Shown: piece after piece, positions 14,783 to 23,473 of the stretch
How the letters are laid out: each line of letters starts with the position of its first letter
Position numbering within the stretch: the stretch's first letter is position 1
IMG/VR virus record: IMGVR_UViG_3300033067_000585
Location: 1 to 33,442 of that record
DNA length: 33,442 nt
Direction: 5' to 3' (one strand)
From: a virus
Taxonomy: Duplodnaviria > Caudoviricetes
Notes under the pieces: generated by a model
Seen by the model: only the letters and a program-made list of their open reading frames with translations
Told to the model about the DNA's origin: nothing
The model's database searches: none
Made by a program: the position numbers and the translations under genes

Positions 14783-17700
14783 TATTTAGATTTTAAAAGT
14801 TCGATTTCTTTTTCTAATTTTCTGATTTTATCAACTAGAATTTCGATGTAATTAACAGAAAGAATGCCTTTATCATCTGCGTTTACTTGGTCAGGATTTT
14901 CTTTCTGAACCTCTTGTGCTACATATCCAATATGAATTTTATCATCTCTTTTATCTTTCCACTTGTATTTAATTACGTCGCCATCTCTTGAAATAATATC
15001 TTTTAAACGTAAATCCGAACTCTGAAAGAATCCCGTTGCGGTAACTGAGCCACCGAAAGTAGCATTTCCATTTGCTAAAAGTGTTAAAGCGTTTATCATA
15101 TTTGAACTTGAAGTTCCGTCTGTAGTAGTGTCAAATAAAAGCCCTTGATTTGCACCAAATCCAGAACCTTGCGCAGAAAATGCGCTTCTAATTCTCCATG
15201 TTAAGTAGTCCGTCGATGAAGGGTCTTTTGAACCAAAACCAATTCCGCCACCAGCTCCAATAGACTGTGTGTTTGATTGTAAATAAATTTGTGGTGGTAC
15301 TTGGTCCCATGTTCTTATTCCAAATCCAGTAGTTGGTGTTGACTGTGAAGATCTGACATCTAGTGATTGAGTTGGAGATGAAGTACCTATTCCAACTTTT
15401 CCACTAATTAAAGTGTTTGTTGGTCCAAATTGTATTCCTGTTCCGTTCCAAGTTCCTATCGCTAATTTGCTATTTATGTTTCCTAAAAGAAGTCCGCCAC
15501 CAACTACACTTAAATCATTGTAAGCACCCGCACTAGTGTAAGGAATGTATTTTACACTATTACTTCCGTCGCCAGCATTAAAAGCGGTTGCATTAGTTAC
15601 ACTTGCGCCAGTATAAACGTTTAATTTTCCTTCTGGATTTTGCGTGCCAATTCCTACATTTCCATTTGAAGCGATACGCATTGACTCAGTACCGTTACTA
15701 TAAAAAGAAGTAAATCCACCAAAAGAAGTTGGGTTTGCCCAATATCTCATTTCTCCTGTATTCGCATTGTATTTAATATAAGAATATTCAGTCGCTCCAC
15801 TTCCGTCTAAAAATGATAAACCTCTAAAAGAGTTATTTGTAGAGTTTCTTATTCCTATAACTCCATCTGTAGTCCCAGAAACTTCTAGTTTGTAACCTGG
15901 GGTTGCTGTTCCGACACCAACATTTTTATTTGGTAAAATAGTCATTGCATTAGAATAAGTTGCTGAACTTTCTGCTGCGTTATCTTGTGTAACTAAGAAA
16001 TTCATTCCAACTCCACCTAAAGAAGCATCTCGAACTGGTTGTATTTTAGAACCTCCAGAAACTGTTGTTCTTTGAAATTCTATTCCACCTGTAAATAAAG
16101 AACTTGATAATGATGATATAACTTTTATTCCGTCAGTACTATTTAATCCACTATTAAAAATAGCATTTCCACCAACTTCTAATTTAGCATTTGGACCAGT
16201 AACACCAATTCCTACGTTAGTTCCGTTATCAAAAATTTGACTATTCCCTAAAGTAGAAGCCCCTGTAAATTTACTTACATAATTAGTAGTTCCAGAAATA
16301 GTAGGAACATCTGAAGTCATAGCGAATGTTCCAGCTTTATTTGGAAAATCATAAGTCCATGCTTGAGTTAAATTTCCTAGTCCTATTAAAGCCGTTTTTG
16401 TTGAGCTTGCAGATAATAGAAAACCATCTGTCCTTCCACCAATTACTGTATATCCTGCTGGACTACTCCAACTAGATAAATGCTTTAAAAAAATATTATT
16501 ATCAAAACTAGGTGTAGCTGTAAATGTTTTTGCTCCAGTAACGGATTCGCTCCCAGCTAAATGAACAACTGCATTGTCGTTTGCTTTACTATTTAATTGA
16601 GTTTGGATTGAACTAGTAGCATCGTTATAGGTTTGCTGAATATCGGTCTGGTATCTTTTATTTGTAGTTTCGGTAACTAATGCCGTTGTATAATCTCCAT
16701 TATTTGCCGTTACAGCACCTTGCCTACCGAATACTGAAGTCACAGAACTCGTTGGTGTTAATAATTCTTGCCAATCGGCTAGAGTTCCAGCTGAACTTCC
16801 TTTTAATATAAATGATTTATTTACGTCAGTCCTTACTGCGACATCTCCCGTTTCTGCGGTTAATGCTAACATAGCTGCTTGAGAACCTACAACGAATGTA
16901 TCTGTAATTGTAATGGCTGGTAACTGACTAGAGATTAATTTTCCGTCACTACCTAGTCCAGCATAACCATTAGCTGTATTTTTATTCGCTGTGTTTTCTT
17001 TTAAGTTTAAAGCCGTTTGAGTAGCCGTCGAAATAGGTTTGTTTAAATCGCTAGTATTATCAACGTTCGCTAATCCAACCATCGCTTTTGTTATCTGCTT
17101 ATTTTTCCAAAGCCCAGAAGCTGATTCATAAATTAATCCGTCATTATCGGTTTTCGAAGTTATTAAAACGTCGTGTATCTCATCTAATTCGTAGCCATTT
17201 TGAATCTTTACTTCTATCGTTCCCTGGGTAGCTGCTAAAGTAACTATTCCAACGTACACTGCGTGATTAGGTGCTACTGGTTTTGTAGTAGTAAATCCAC
17301 CAGCAGTAGTTGGGCTCAACCATAATACTTGTCCCGCAGTATAAGCTGATGTATTTAATCCTAAAACTGTACCAATTACTACAACATATCCGTTTGAATT
17401 ATTATTTATATCAGATTGAATAACTCCGAATGTTCCAGAAGAAGTAGCTTCTGCGTTTGCTTGAGCCTTCTGAACGTTTGGTTTTCCGCCAGTCGCTCCG
17501 TTTAAATAAACAACTGTTCCTTTTGTAATAGTAGCACCAGTGCTGTTTCTAACCTCTGTTATTACTCTGTCTGATTGACTTAATACTGGGAATGTTGTAG
17601 GGTTCCCAGCACCGTCTAGGTATTGAGTTGCGTCGCCAGTCGGCTGATTGAATTTATTGTCCAAGATACTTTTAAGAATCCAGCGAACTTCGCCAGTTGT

Positions 17701-17841
17701 AACGTCTTGAACTAATAATCGACCCGCTGTGTTATCTTGCGTGTTCTGAGTTATCGCAATTTTTTCGTATTCCGCTTGTCCAAATACTACCATTGAGAAC
17801 ATGGTAAACCATAAGCTGATAAATAATTTTAATTTTTTCAT
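14782..17841 (-). CDS. long fibre/receptor-binding protein with (N/K)VG(I/V)G repeats, C-terminal S74-type intramolecular chaperone and N-terminal signal peptide
   Basis: Four NVGIG-type repeats; SDLRLKDI...IGYVAQEVQ...P..V....G.LSVNY...L...I.KLEKEI; MKKLKLFISLWFTMFSMVVFG|Q. Confidence 0.85.
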   Translation of the reverse strand: MKKLKLFISLWFTMFSMVVFGQAEYEKIAITQNTQDNTAGRLLVQDVTTGEVRWILKSILDNKFNQPTGDATQYLDGAGNPTTFPVLSQSDRVITEVRNSTGATITKGTVVYLNGATGGKPNVQKAQANAEATSSGTFGVIQSDINNNSNGYVVVIGTVLGLNTSAYTAGQVLWLSPTTAGGFTTTKPVAPNHAVYVGIVTLAATQGTIEVKIQNGYELDEIHDVLITSKTDNDGLIYESASGLWKNKQITKAMVGLANVDNTSDLNKPISTATQTALNLKENTANKNTANGYAGLGSDGKLISSQLPAITITDTFVVGSQAAMLALTAETGDVAVRTDVNKSFILKGSSAGTLADWQELLTPTSSVTSVFGRQGAVTANNGDYTTALVTETTNKRYQTDIQQTYNDATSSIQTQLNSKANDNAVVHLAGSESVTGAKTFTATPSFDNNIFLKHLSSWSSPAGYTVIGGRTDGFLLSASSTKTALIGLGNLTQAWTYDFPNKAGTFAMTSDVPTISGTTNYVSKFTGASTLGNSQIFDNGTNVGIGVTGPNAKLEVGGNAIFNSGLNSTDGIKVISSLSSSLFTGGIEFQRTTVSGGSKIQPVRDASLGGVGMNFLVTQDNAAESSATYSNAMTILPNKNVGVGTATPGYKLEVSGTTDGVIGIRNSTNNSFRGLSFLDGSGATEYSYIKYNANTGEMRYWANPTSFGGFTSFYSNGTESMRIASNGNVGIGTQNPEGKLNVYTGASVTNATAFNAGDGSNSVKYIPYTSAGAYNDLSVVGGGLLLGNINSKLAIGTWNGTGIQFGPTNTLISGKVGIGTSSPTQSLDVRSSQSTPTTGFGIRTWDQVPPQIYLQSNTQSIGAGGGIGFGSKDPSSTDYLTWRIRSAFSAQGSGFGANQGLLFDTTTDGTSSSNMINALTLLANGNATFGGSVTATGFFQSSDLRLKDIISRDGDVIKYKWKDKRDDKIHIGYVAQEVQKENPDQVNADDKGILSVNYIEILVDKIRKLEKEIELLKSK

Positions 17842-17852
17842 TTGTTTGTTTG

Positions 17853-18332
17853 TTATTTAATAAATCCTAAAATTGAAACTCTTTTGCCCGTCGCTGTTAA
17901 TCCAGCAATAGTTAATACGTTACTTGCTTGACTCCACTCCGTCGATAGTTTAAAACCTCTTTCGACGTGAACCATCGCTACAACAACTCCGTCTGGAAGG
18001 TTGAAAGTTTCCGTTCCTTGAGATAATACTTCTGAATTGTAAATTTCTTGGAATCCTAAAGTTGTCGGCTTGTTTTTAATGTAGTCGTCTTGAGTGTTAT
18101 CGTTCTGATTCCAATCTGGCTGAACGTTTTCTTCTGCATTTTCTTGAATATTCGATAATTTTAGCTGCTCTGCATCGCTAAAATTATTGTCAGATAATCC
18201 CTGCCCAGTTACTTTATCGACTTTATTGTTATATAGTTCCGAAAAGTTCTCATTCGTTTCTATAAATGACTGTCTTAAAGAATCCCCTAATCCGTCATTT
18301 GGTTGCGATACATTTATAAATTGTTTTGCCAT
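17853..18332 (-). CDS. virion structural protein (fibre or baseplate attachment type N-terminus)
   Basis: KQ.IN...PNDG.GD.LR..F...NENF.ELY resembles the T4 gp9/gp10 N-terminal motif; NVQPDWNQ.D....DYIKNKP fibre motif. Confidence 0.65.
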   Translation of the reverse strand: MAKQFINVSQPNDGLGDSLRQSFIETNENFSELYNNKVDKVTGQGLSDNNFSDAEQLKLSNIQENAEENVQPDWNQNDNTQDDYIKNKPTTLGFQEIYNSEVLSQGTETFNLPDGVVVAMVHVERGFKLSTEWSQASNVLTIAGLTATGKRVSILGFIK

Positions 18333-18333
18333 C

Positions 18334-18792
18334 TTAATACCAAGGGATTACTTTATTATCAGTTATGTCGGTCGAATTTACCCACTCGTTAATGGAAATC
18401 GTTTTCATATAATCATAGAAATTATACTCAACATTCGTTCCTAATTGTTTGTACCTTCCAATTAAGACATCGACCTCTTTAGCATCGACGTTACCTTCTT
18501 TATAAACTCCATTATTTGAAGTTTTGTAACCACCGAAAGCCATATAGTTAGTACACGAAAAGTATGTCAACATATCAACGATATAATCATCGTAAATAGT
18601 TTTGTAAACTCCCGATAATGTACCAGCGATGTAGTCCTCATTTATTTTATTGTATAAAGAAAGCCCAAGAACTCTTTTTAAATCGGTAGTTTGTGCCGTA
18701 TAGATATGCGGTTTTAAACTATCCGCATCGATGTTCCCACTAAATGCTGTTAGCGAAGGAATATCACTTGAATTTAACCATAATGTTATCAT
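18334..18792 (-). CDS. putative head-tail adaptor/connector
   Basis: Directly after the portal; GNIDAD.LKP.I..AQ.....VLG..LY motif. Confidence 0.6.
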   Translation of the reverse strand: MITLWLNSSDIPSLTAFSGNIDADSLKPHIYTAQTTDLKRVLGLSLYNKINEDYIAGTLSGVYKTIYDDYIVDMLTYFSCTNYMAFGGYKTSNNGVYKEGNVDAKEVDVLIGRYKQLGTNVEYNFYDYMKTISINEWVNSTDITDNKVIPWY

Positions 18793-20144
18793 ATCGTTTG
18801 AGTTTCTTTTTCTGGGTTGCCTAATAATCGAACTGCTTGTTCTCTATTGAATCCGAAAATCAGATCTAGGATTGCGATTGCGCTCTCATAACTTGTAGTT
18901 CCTGCTGCATAAGAAGCCTGAACCTCTAGTAAGGATTGAACCCCACCGACAGAACCTTTTAATTGCGCTTGAGCATCTAGCGTTTTATCGTCAAGTGTAA
19001 CTGCTTGAGCAACTCCGACTACTTCCGCCTTGTTTTCCAATTCGGTTTCTTCTTTAAAATCCTTGAAGTCCAATTTAATTTCTGGGTCGATTAATTTAAA
19101 AATAGATTCTAGCCCATTTAAAATTACACCTCTCATTGGATTTATATGTCTTCTGTATAGTCCTTTAGTTGCTACTGCTATTTCATCTGCGTTCGAACTG
19201 AATCCACTTCCAGAATTAGAACCCGAAAATAAGATTGGTGGAGCTGAATGCGCCACGATTAATTTTCTTTCAGCCTCTTCAGAGTAAAATACATTTTGTT
19301 GGTTTAATTCAGGCGGGTGTAATTGGTCAACTACAACGGCACTCTCTGCGCTTTCGTTAAATGAAACGATTACTTTCGCTTGATTATCCGTTCCAACGTA
19401 ATTATCACGAACTTTCTTCGCTTCTTGTCTAGCCAATTCTGGTGTAGCTTGACGACCATTGTTGTAATTGATTACAGTTAATGCCCCTAAAGCATTTTTA
19501 AAATGGTTTTTTCCACCATTAGCAAGTTCGCCTTCTACTTGAGCCCATGGAATTCCACTTAAATAATCTGGAATTGGGAAAAACGGCTCAGCTGTTGCTC
19601 GTCTTACAACTAATATTTCAAGGTTTTCTTCTTTATACTTCCCGTCAAATTTAGGATAAAATGTAGGTCTGTATATGAAGTTGTTTTTCCAATCCCAAGA
19701 ATACCAATACCCATCAACTTCGATAGATTCTTGGTCATAATTAACAGCTAATTTGTAAATAGGAATGTACTCGATTCGTAAAGGTGTTTTTGCCATACTC
19801 CAAATTACTTGACAGGCGAACCCACCATAAATTTTGTAGTCTTGACAAATTAGAAGTACATCTGCTTCTGAAATATACTGATTCAAATTCTCTCCGTTTA
19901 CGTCGATTAAACCCTCTCCATAAACGTAATTAACGAAAGCGTTAATGATACTTGAATTTGTAGGTGAATCGTCATAAGCATTTCGGTAAGTATCGAAATT
20001 TGCATTATTAACTCCATTCGTTATCCATCTGCGGCCAAATACTGGCTTGACGTCTATCGGCTGGAACGCACTCATTTTTACGTCTGCAGAAAAAACGTGA
20101 GTGTCTTTATTTATAGTCAAATCTTGTTTTTGTTTGGCTGCCAT
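18789..20144 (-). CDS. portal protein
   Basis: 451 aa; SPTNSSIIN..V.YVYGEG, P.PDY, G..N..K.IVSFN, AH..PP.LF motifs of Bacteroidota phage portals. Confidence 0.8.
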   Translation of the reverse strand: MAAKQKQDLTINKDTHVFSADVKMSAFQPIDVKPVFGRRWITNGVNNANFDTYRNAYDDSPTNSSIINAFVNYVYGEGLIDVNGENLNQYISEADVLLICQDYKIYGGFACQVIWSMAKTPLRIEYIPIYKLAVNYDQESIEVDGYWYSWDWKNNFIYRPTFYPKFDGKYKEENLEILVVRRATAEPFFPIPDYLSGIPWAQVEGELANGGKNHFKNALGALTVINYNNGRQATPELARQEAKKVRDNYVGTDNQAKVIVSFNESAESAVVVDQLHPPELNQQNVFYSEEAERKLIVAHSAPPILFSGSNSGSGFSSNADEIAVATKGLYRRHINPMRGVILNGLESIFKLIDPEIKLDFKDFKEETELENKAEVVGVAQAVTLDDKTLDAQAQLKGSVGGVQSLLEVQASYAAGTTSYESAIAILDLIFGFNREQAVRLLGNPEKETQTI

Positions 20145-20436
20145 ATTCGTAATTTTGTACGTTTGTTCCTTGTTCTAAAATTAAAAGTTTACCTCGATAA
20201 ATAACGTCTGTCCCATTTTTCAATTCTATCTCATATTTGTTTTGAGATTTAAAATCAGAAGGCTGAGAAGCAATGATAATGTTTAATTTATCCGTAATCG
20301 TAAAAGTAATTGAAGGATTTAATTCAACATTTGTTATTTCATTGCGTAAATTTAAGACTAAATTATCAATTAATAGCGGAAAAGTTCTAGGAATTAATGA
20401 AAATTTTAATTCTGTATTTAAAAATAACACTTTCAT
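20107..20436 (-). CDS. putative structural protein
   Basis: ORF track; beta-rich, IIPR/IYRGK-type motifs; lies in the virion module. Confidence 0.65.
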   Translation of the reverse strand: MKVLFLNTELKFSLIPRTFPLLIDNLVLNLRNEITNVELNPSITFTITDKLNIIIASQPSDFKSQNKYEIELKNGTDVIYRGKLLILEQGTNVQNYEYGSQTKTRFDYK

Positions 20437-20450
20437 TTTTAAAATTTTAT

Positions 20451-20478
20451 AAAAAAAGCCAGTGTTAAACTGGCTTTT
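20451..20478. terminator. intrinsic terminator
   Basis: AAAAGCCAG / CTGGCTTTT stem with flanking A/T tracts. Confidence 0.8.
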
Positions 20479-20499
20479 AAGTTAAACACGTTTAGAATA

Positions 20500-21045
20500 C
20501 TAAACGTATGCTTTCAATGCTGTAGCGTATTCAGTTAATCCCGCACCTGTTAGCAAGTATTTTCTTGAAAAATCTGGCTCCATTGTGTTGAAGGTTACTG
20601 TGTACCCGTTTAAATCTCCAATTGTTCCGCCAGTATCAGAGTCAGCAGTAACTGCTAAAGCCCCCAATTGTGAACCTGCCGCAACAATAGTTCCGTCTTT
20701 TTTCTCTAGGAATAAAACAACTTCGCCTTTTAACATTTCTTCAATTGCAGCGTTCAATGTTAAATCTTCGCCAGATCCTACATTAAAGATACATGAAATG
20801 TTACCAGTCACCCCAGTAGAGCGATTGTCTCCACCAGAAACTCCGTTTTCTAGGTATTTAGTAGCGGTGTTTTTTAATTCAAATCTAGCGATAGTATTGG
20901 CAGCATAAGGAAGTTCTACAACTCCTGCGCTTGTCGTTACTACTCTATTCAATGAATCATATGGCGCAATACCAATAGCTGTAATTCCAGCCATTTTAGA
21001 AACGCATGCTAGCTTTCTACTTTTTGTAAGTGTTACACAACTCAT
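20500..21045 (-). CDS. probable major tail tube protein
   Basis: 181 aa beta-rich; MSC..L...RKLAC and TGG..GDLNGYTVTF..ME motifs; flanked by terminators like other abundant virion genes. Confidence 0.6.
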   Translation of the reverse strand: MSCVTLTKSRKLACVSKMAGITAIGIAPYDSLNRVVTTSAGVVELPYAANTIARFELKNTATKYLENGVSGGDNRSTGVTGNISCIFNVGSGEDLTLNAAIEEMLKGEVVLFLEKKDGTIVAAGSQLGALAVTADSDTGGTIGDLNGYTVTFNTMEPDFSRKYLLTGAGLTEYATALKAYV

Positions 21046-21060
21046 AATTATTGTTTTTTT

Positions 21061-21085
21061 AAAAGCCCCTAATTAAAGGGGCTTT
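21061..21085 (-). terminator. intrinsic terminator after the major capsid gene
   Basis: AAAGCCCCT / AGGGGCTTT stem. Confidence 0.8.
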
Positions 21086-21093
21086 GATTATTA

Positions 21094-22137
21094 CTATCCT
21101 CCGTAAAGAGTGATGTATCTTTGGTTTGTTACCCAAGTAGCTAAAGCCTGTACGTTTTTGATGTACATTAAATCAGCTCCGTTCGCCATTTTACCTGTTT
21201 CCAAGATGTTCATATCTGAAACCAAGTCCATTAAGATTACCAAGTAAACCGCTGGTGAAGCAATTCTGAATCCTTCTAAAGGTTTGAATTTAACTTCGAT
21301 TCCATTGTAGTATGCTTTCTCGTTTGCTCCAACACCTTCGAATAAAAAGTTTTGGTTTGACGCTGCTCCAACAGAGTTGTTAGCGATTTTCATCAACTGC
21401 TTGTCTCCTAGTGGAGCGTAGATGATAACTGGGTTTAAAGTGTCGTTCAATACTTTCGGGTCGATAGTAGCGTAAATTTTAGCGTACTCTCCTGCGATAG
21501 ATGCAGCAGTTACAGCTGAAATAGATAACACTTTTTTGTAATCCCCTAATCCAGCACCTGGAGTAGCTTTCGATTGAGAAGCATTGTGCAAGATAGTCGC
21601 TGGGAATGAGTTGATCAAGTTAGTTGGCATTGCCGCTGCTAACGTTTGAGCACCTGCAGAGATTGAACCTTGTCCAGCTCCTGGAGTTAATCCAGCGATT
21701 AATGCTTTTTGAGCAGTAGTCGCTCCGTTCCAAATCATTTTTTCCATTTCGCTAGAGATAGCTGGAGAAACATATTGAAGAACTGCGTTATCAAATTCGC
21801 TTGATACTAAATTAAAAGCGCCTTGCGCCATTGATTTTTCGAAACGAGTATCTAACAAAACGTTGTTATCAACTGTGTCTGAAAACTCTACTTTAGTAAG
21901 GTTTACAGCACTACGTTGTGTTGCTAAATCGATTGTTCCGTCTGTACTTACAGCTGCGCTTGAATACGCTTTAGCTGCTACAGTTACTTTGCTTTCGTAA
22001 ACTTCAGTACCAGATTTGTGGTTCTCTTGAATGTTTACATCTCTATCTCTGAATGTTCCCCAATCAGCATAGATTTCAGATTGAATTTCTTGAATCTGAC
22101 TTTGTGGTAATTTAGTACCAGAAAATGTTATTGACAT
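21094..22137 (-). CDS. major capsid protein
   Basis: 347 aa, downstream of the protease/scaffold gene, EMEKMIWNG motif, double stop TAG TAA followed by a terminator. Confidence 0.75.
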   Translation of the reverse strand: MSITFSGTKLPQSQIQEIQSEIYADWGTFRDRDVNIQENHKSGTEVYESKVTVAAKAYSSAAVSTDGTIDLATQRSAVNLTKVEFSDTVDNNVLLDTRFEKSMAQGAFNLVSSEFDNAVLQYVSPAISSEMEKMIWNGATTAQKALIAGLTPGAGQGSISAGAQTLAAAMPTNLINSFPATILHNASQSKATPGAGLGDYKKVLSISAVTAASIAGEYAKIYATIDPKVLNDTLNPVIIYAPLGDKQLMKIANNSVGAASNQNFLFEGVGANEKAYYNGIEVKFKPLEGFRIASPAVYLVILMDLVSDMNILETGKMANGADLMYIKNVQALATWVTNQRYITLYGG

Positions 22138-22144
22138 AATTTAT

Positions 22145-22327
22145 TTATTTTTTAAGTTGGTTTAATTCGTTTTTAATAAACTCGATTTCTTCTTCAGAAA
22201 GATTCCCTTTGCAATGTTCTTCGATGCTTTTTCCTTTAGGAATTGAAGCCTGAAACTCTACATAAGAAACTCCCGAATCGAATGGGTTTAAAAATTTGCT
22301 TTCTTTTTTTTCTTTTCCTTCTGCCAT
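22145..22327 (-). CDS. small hypothetical head-module protein
   Basis: ORF track; between scaffold and capsid genes. Confidence 0.7.
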   Translation of the reverse strand: MAEGKEKKESKFLNPFDSGVSYVEFQASIPKGKSIEEHCKGNLSEEEIEFIKNELNQLKK

Positions 22328-22329
22328 GA

Positions 22330-23445
22330 CTATCGTTTATTTTCTCTGTTAAACTTTAGTTTCTCGAAATTACTCATTTCTTCATACTTTTTAGAAAGCT
22401 CTTTTGGAGCATTTTTGATAGCTACAGCTGCTGGTGTTTCTTTTGCCATTTTAGTTAAGTCTGTTTCAGCTTTTACTTTGTCGGCTTCTGCTTTCGCTAG
22501 TTGTTCCTTTAATGAAGCATTTTCTGCTTTTAAAGAATCAATCTCTGTTTGCAAATCCATTGAAGCATTGTCCTCTTGCCCTGTTGCCTCTCCACTTAAG
22601 TCTTCAACGTCAGCTTCTGCTGGCTCTGAAGCTACATCTTCTGGAGTTTCGGCTTCCTTAGTAGCATCTTCAATAGGTAAAACTGCGCCCATGTCGTCAG
22701 TCTTGTAAGTAACTCCCTCGTATTCAAACTCAGCGTTTGCTACTGGGTTACCATCTGCATCGTTTACGATAGCACCTTCAATTAATTCACCCGATACAAA
22801 ATAAGATTTGTCACCGACTGAAATTTCTTTTTGTTCTCCTGCCATCTCTACAGTTTCCTGTTCTTCGGCTGAGAAAACTTGTTTAATGGCCTCAATTACG
22901 GCATCCAATTTACTCATATTTACTTTGTTTATTAATTGTTCTTTATGTAAAAGACTAGCCTCAATTGAAAGTCCGTCTATTTTACCAGTTTTTATATAAT
23001 CGTTCCAAATAGTTTCGTTATCAATTTTATGACCCATCATCCAAGTTCCATTCGGAACGTCGAAGCCCATATCTTTTGATTTATCGATTTCTTTATTTTG
23101 AACAATCCAAGATTCGAAAGGAAAAACCCCTTCGATATTATTATCTGCGTGGTCTAAATTAGTTGAGAAATTTCCTTTATTTCTAAAGTAATTTTGTTGA
23201 AGTTTCTCGATAGTTTCGGCAGTATAAAAAACATTCGCTGGTTCGCCTTGAATGTTATTTCTGAAAATCATTTTATTAGGAATCATCGCAGGAGCATAAA
23301 CAACTCTTTTTTCTTCATTAGAAAAATACATTTTTTCTTCAGAAGAAAACTTCATTAAGGTTGTTTCAATAGCTGGATTTTTTACAAGACTAACTTTAAA
23401 AACTCCAATACCACCTTCGGGAAAAATTAATTCATAGGTTTTCAT
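22330..23445 (-). CDS. prohead serine protease (XkdF-like) fused to an acidic coiled-coil scaffold
   Basis: VSLVKNPAIE, APAMIPNK.I.R, NLDH, ESWIV, P.GTWM, IW..YIKTGKI.GLSIEA; acidic/coiled-coil C-terminal half. Confidence 0.85.
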   Translation of the reverse strand: MKTYELIFPEGGIGVFKVSLVKNPAIETTLMKFSSEEKMYFSNEEKRVVYAPAMIPNKMIFRNNIQGEPANVFYTAETIEKLQQNYFRNKGNFSTNLDHADNNIEGVFPFESWIVQNKEIDKSKDMGFDVPNGTWMMGHKIDNETIWNDYIKTGKIDGLSIEASLLHKEQLINKVNMSKLDAVIEAIKQVFSAEEQETVEMAGEQKEISVGDKSYFVSGELIEGAIVNDADGNPVANAEFEYEGVTYKTDDMGAVLPIEDATKEAETPEDVASEPAEADVEDLSGEATGQEDNASMDLQTEIDSLKAENASLKEQLAKAEADKVKAETDLTKMAKETPAAVAIKNAPKELSKKYEEMSNFEKLKFNRENKR

Positions 23446-23448
23446 GCT

Positions 23449-23457
23449 GTAAATATA
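23449..23457 (-). promoter_or_regulatory. putative promoter variant TATATTTAC for the head operon
   Basis: TAnnTTTA box 4 nt before the ATG at 23445. Confidence 0.5.
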
Positions 23458-23473
23458 TAAAATTCTTTTTTAA

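Noticed and set aside
14782-17841. Diversity-generating retroelement or invertible cassette acting on the fibre
   Set aside because: No reverse transcriptase, recombinase or template/variable repeat pair was seen; repeats are at protein level only.
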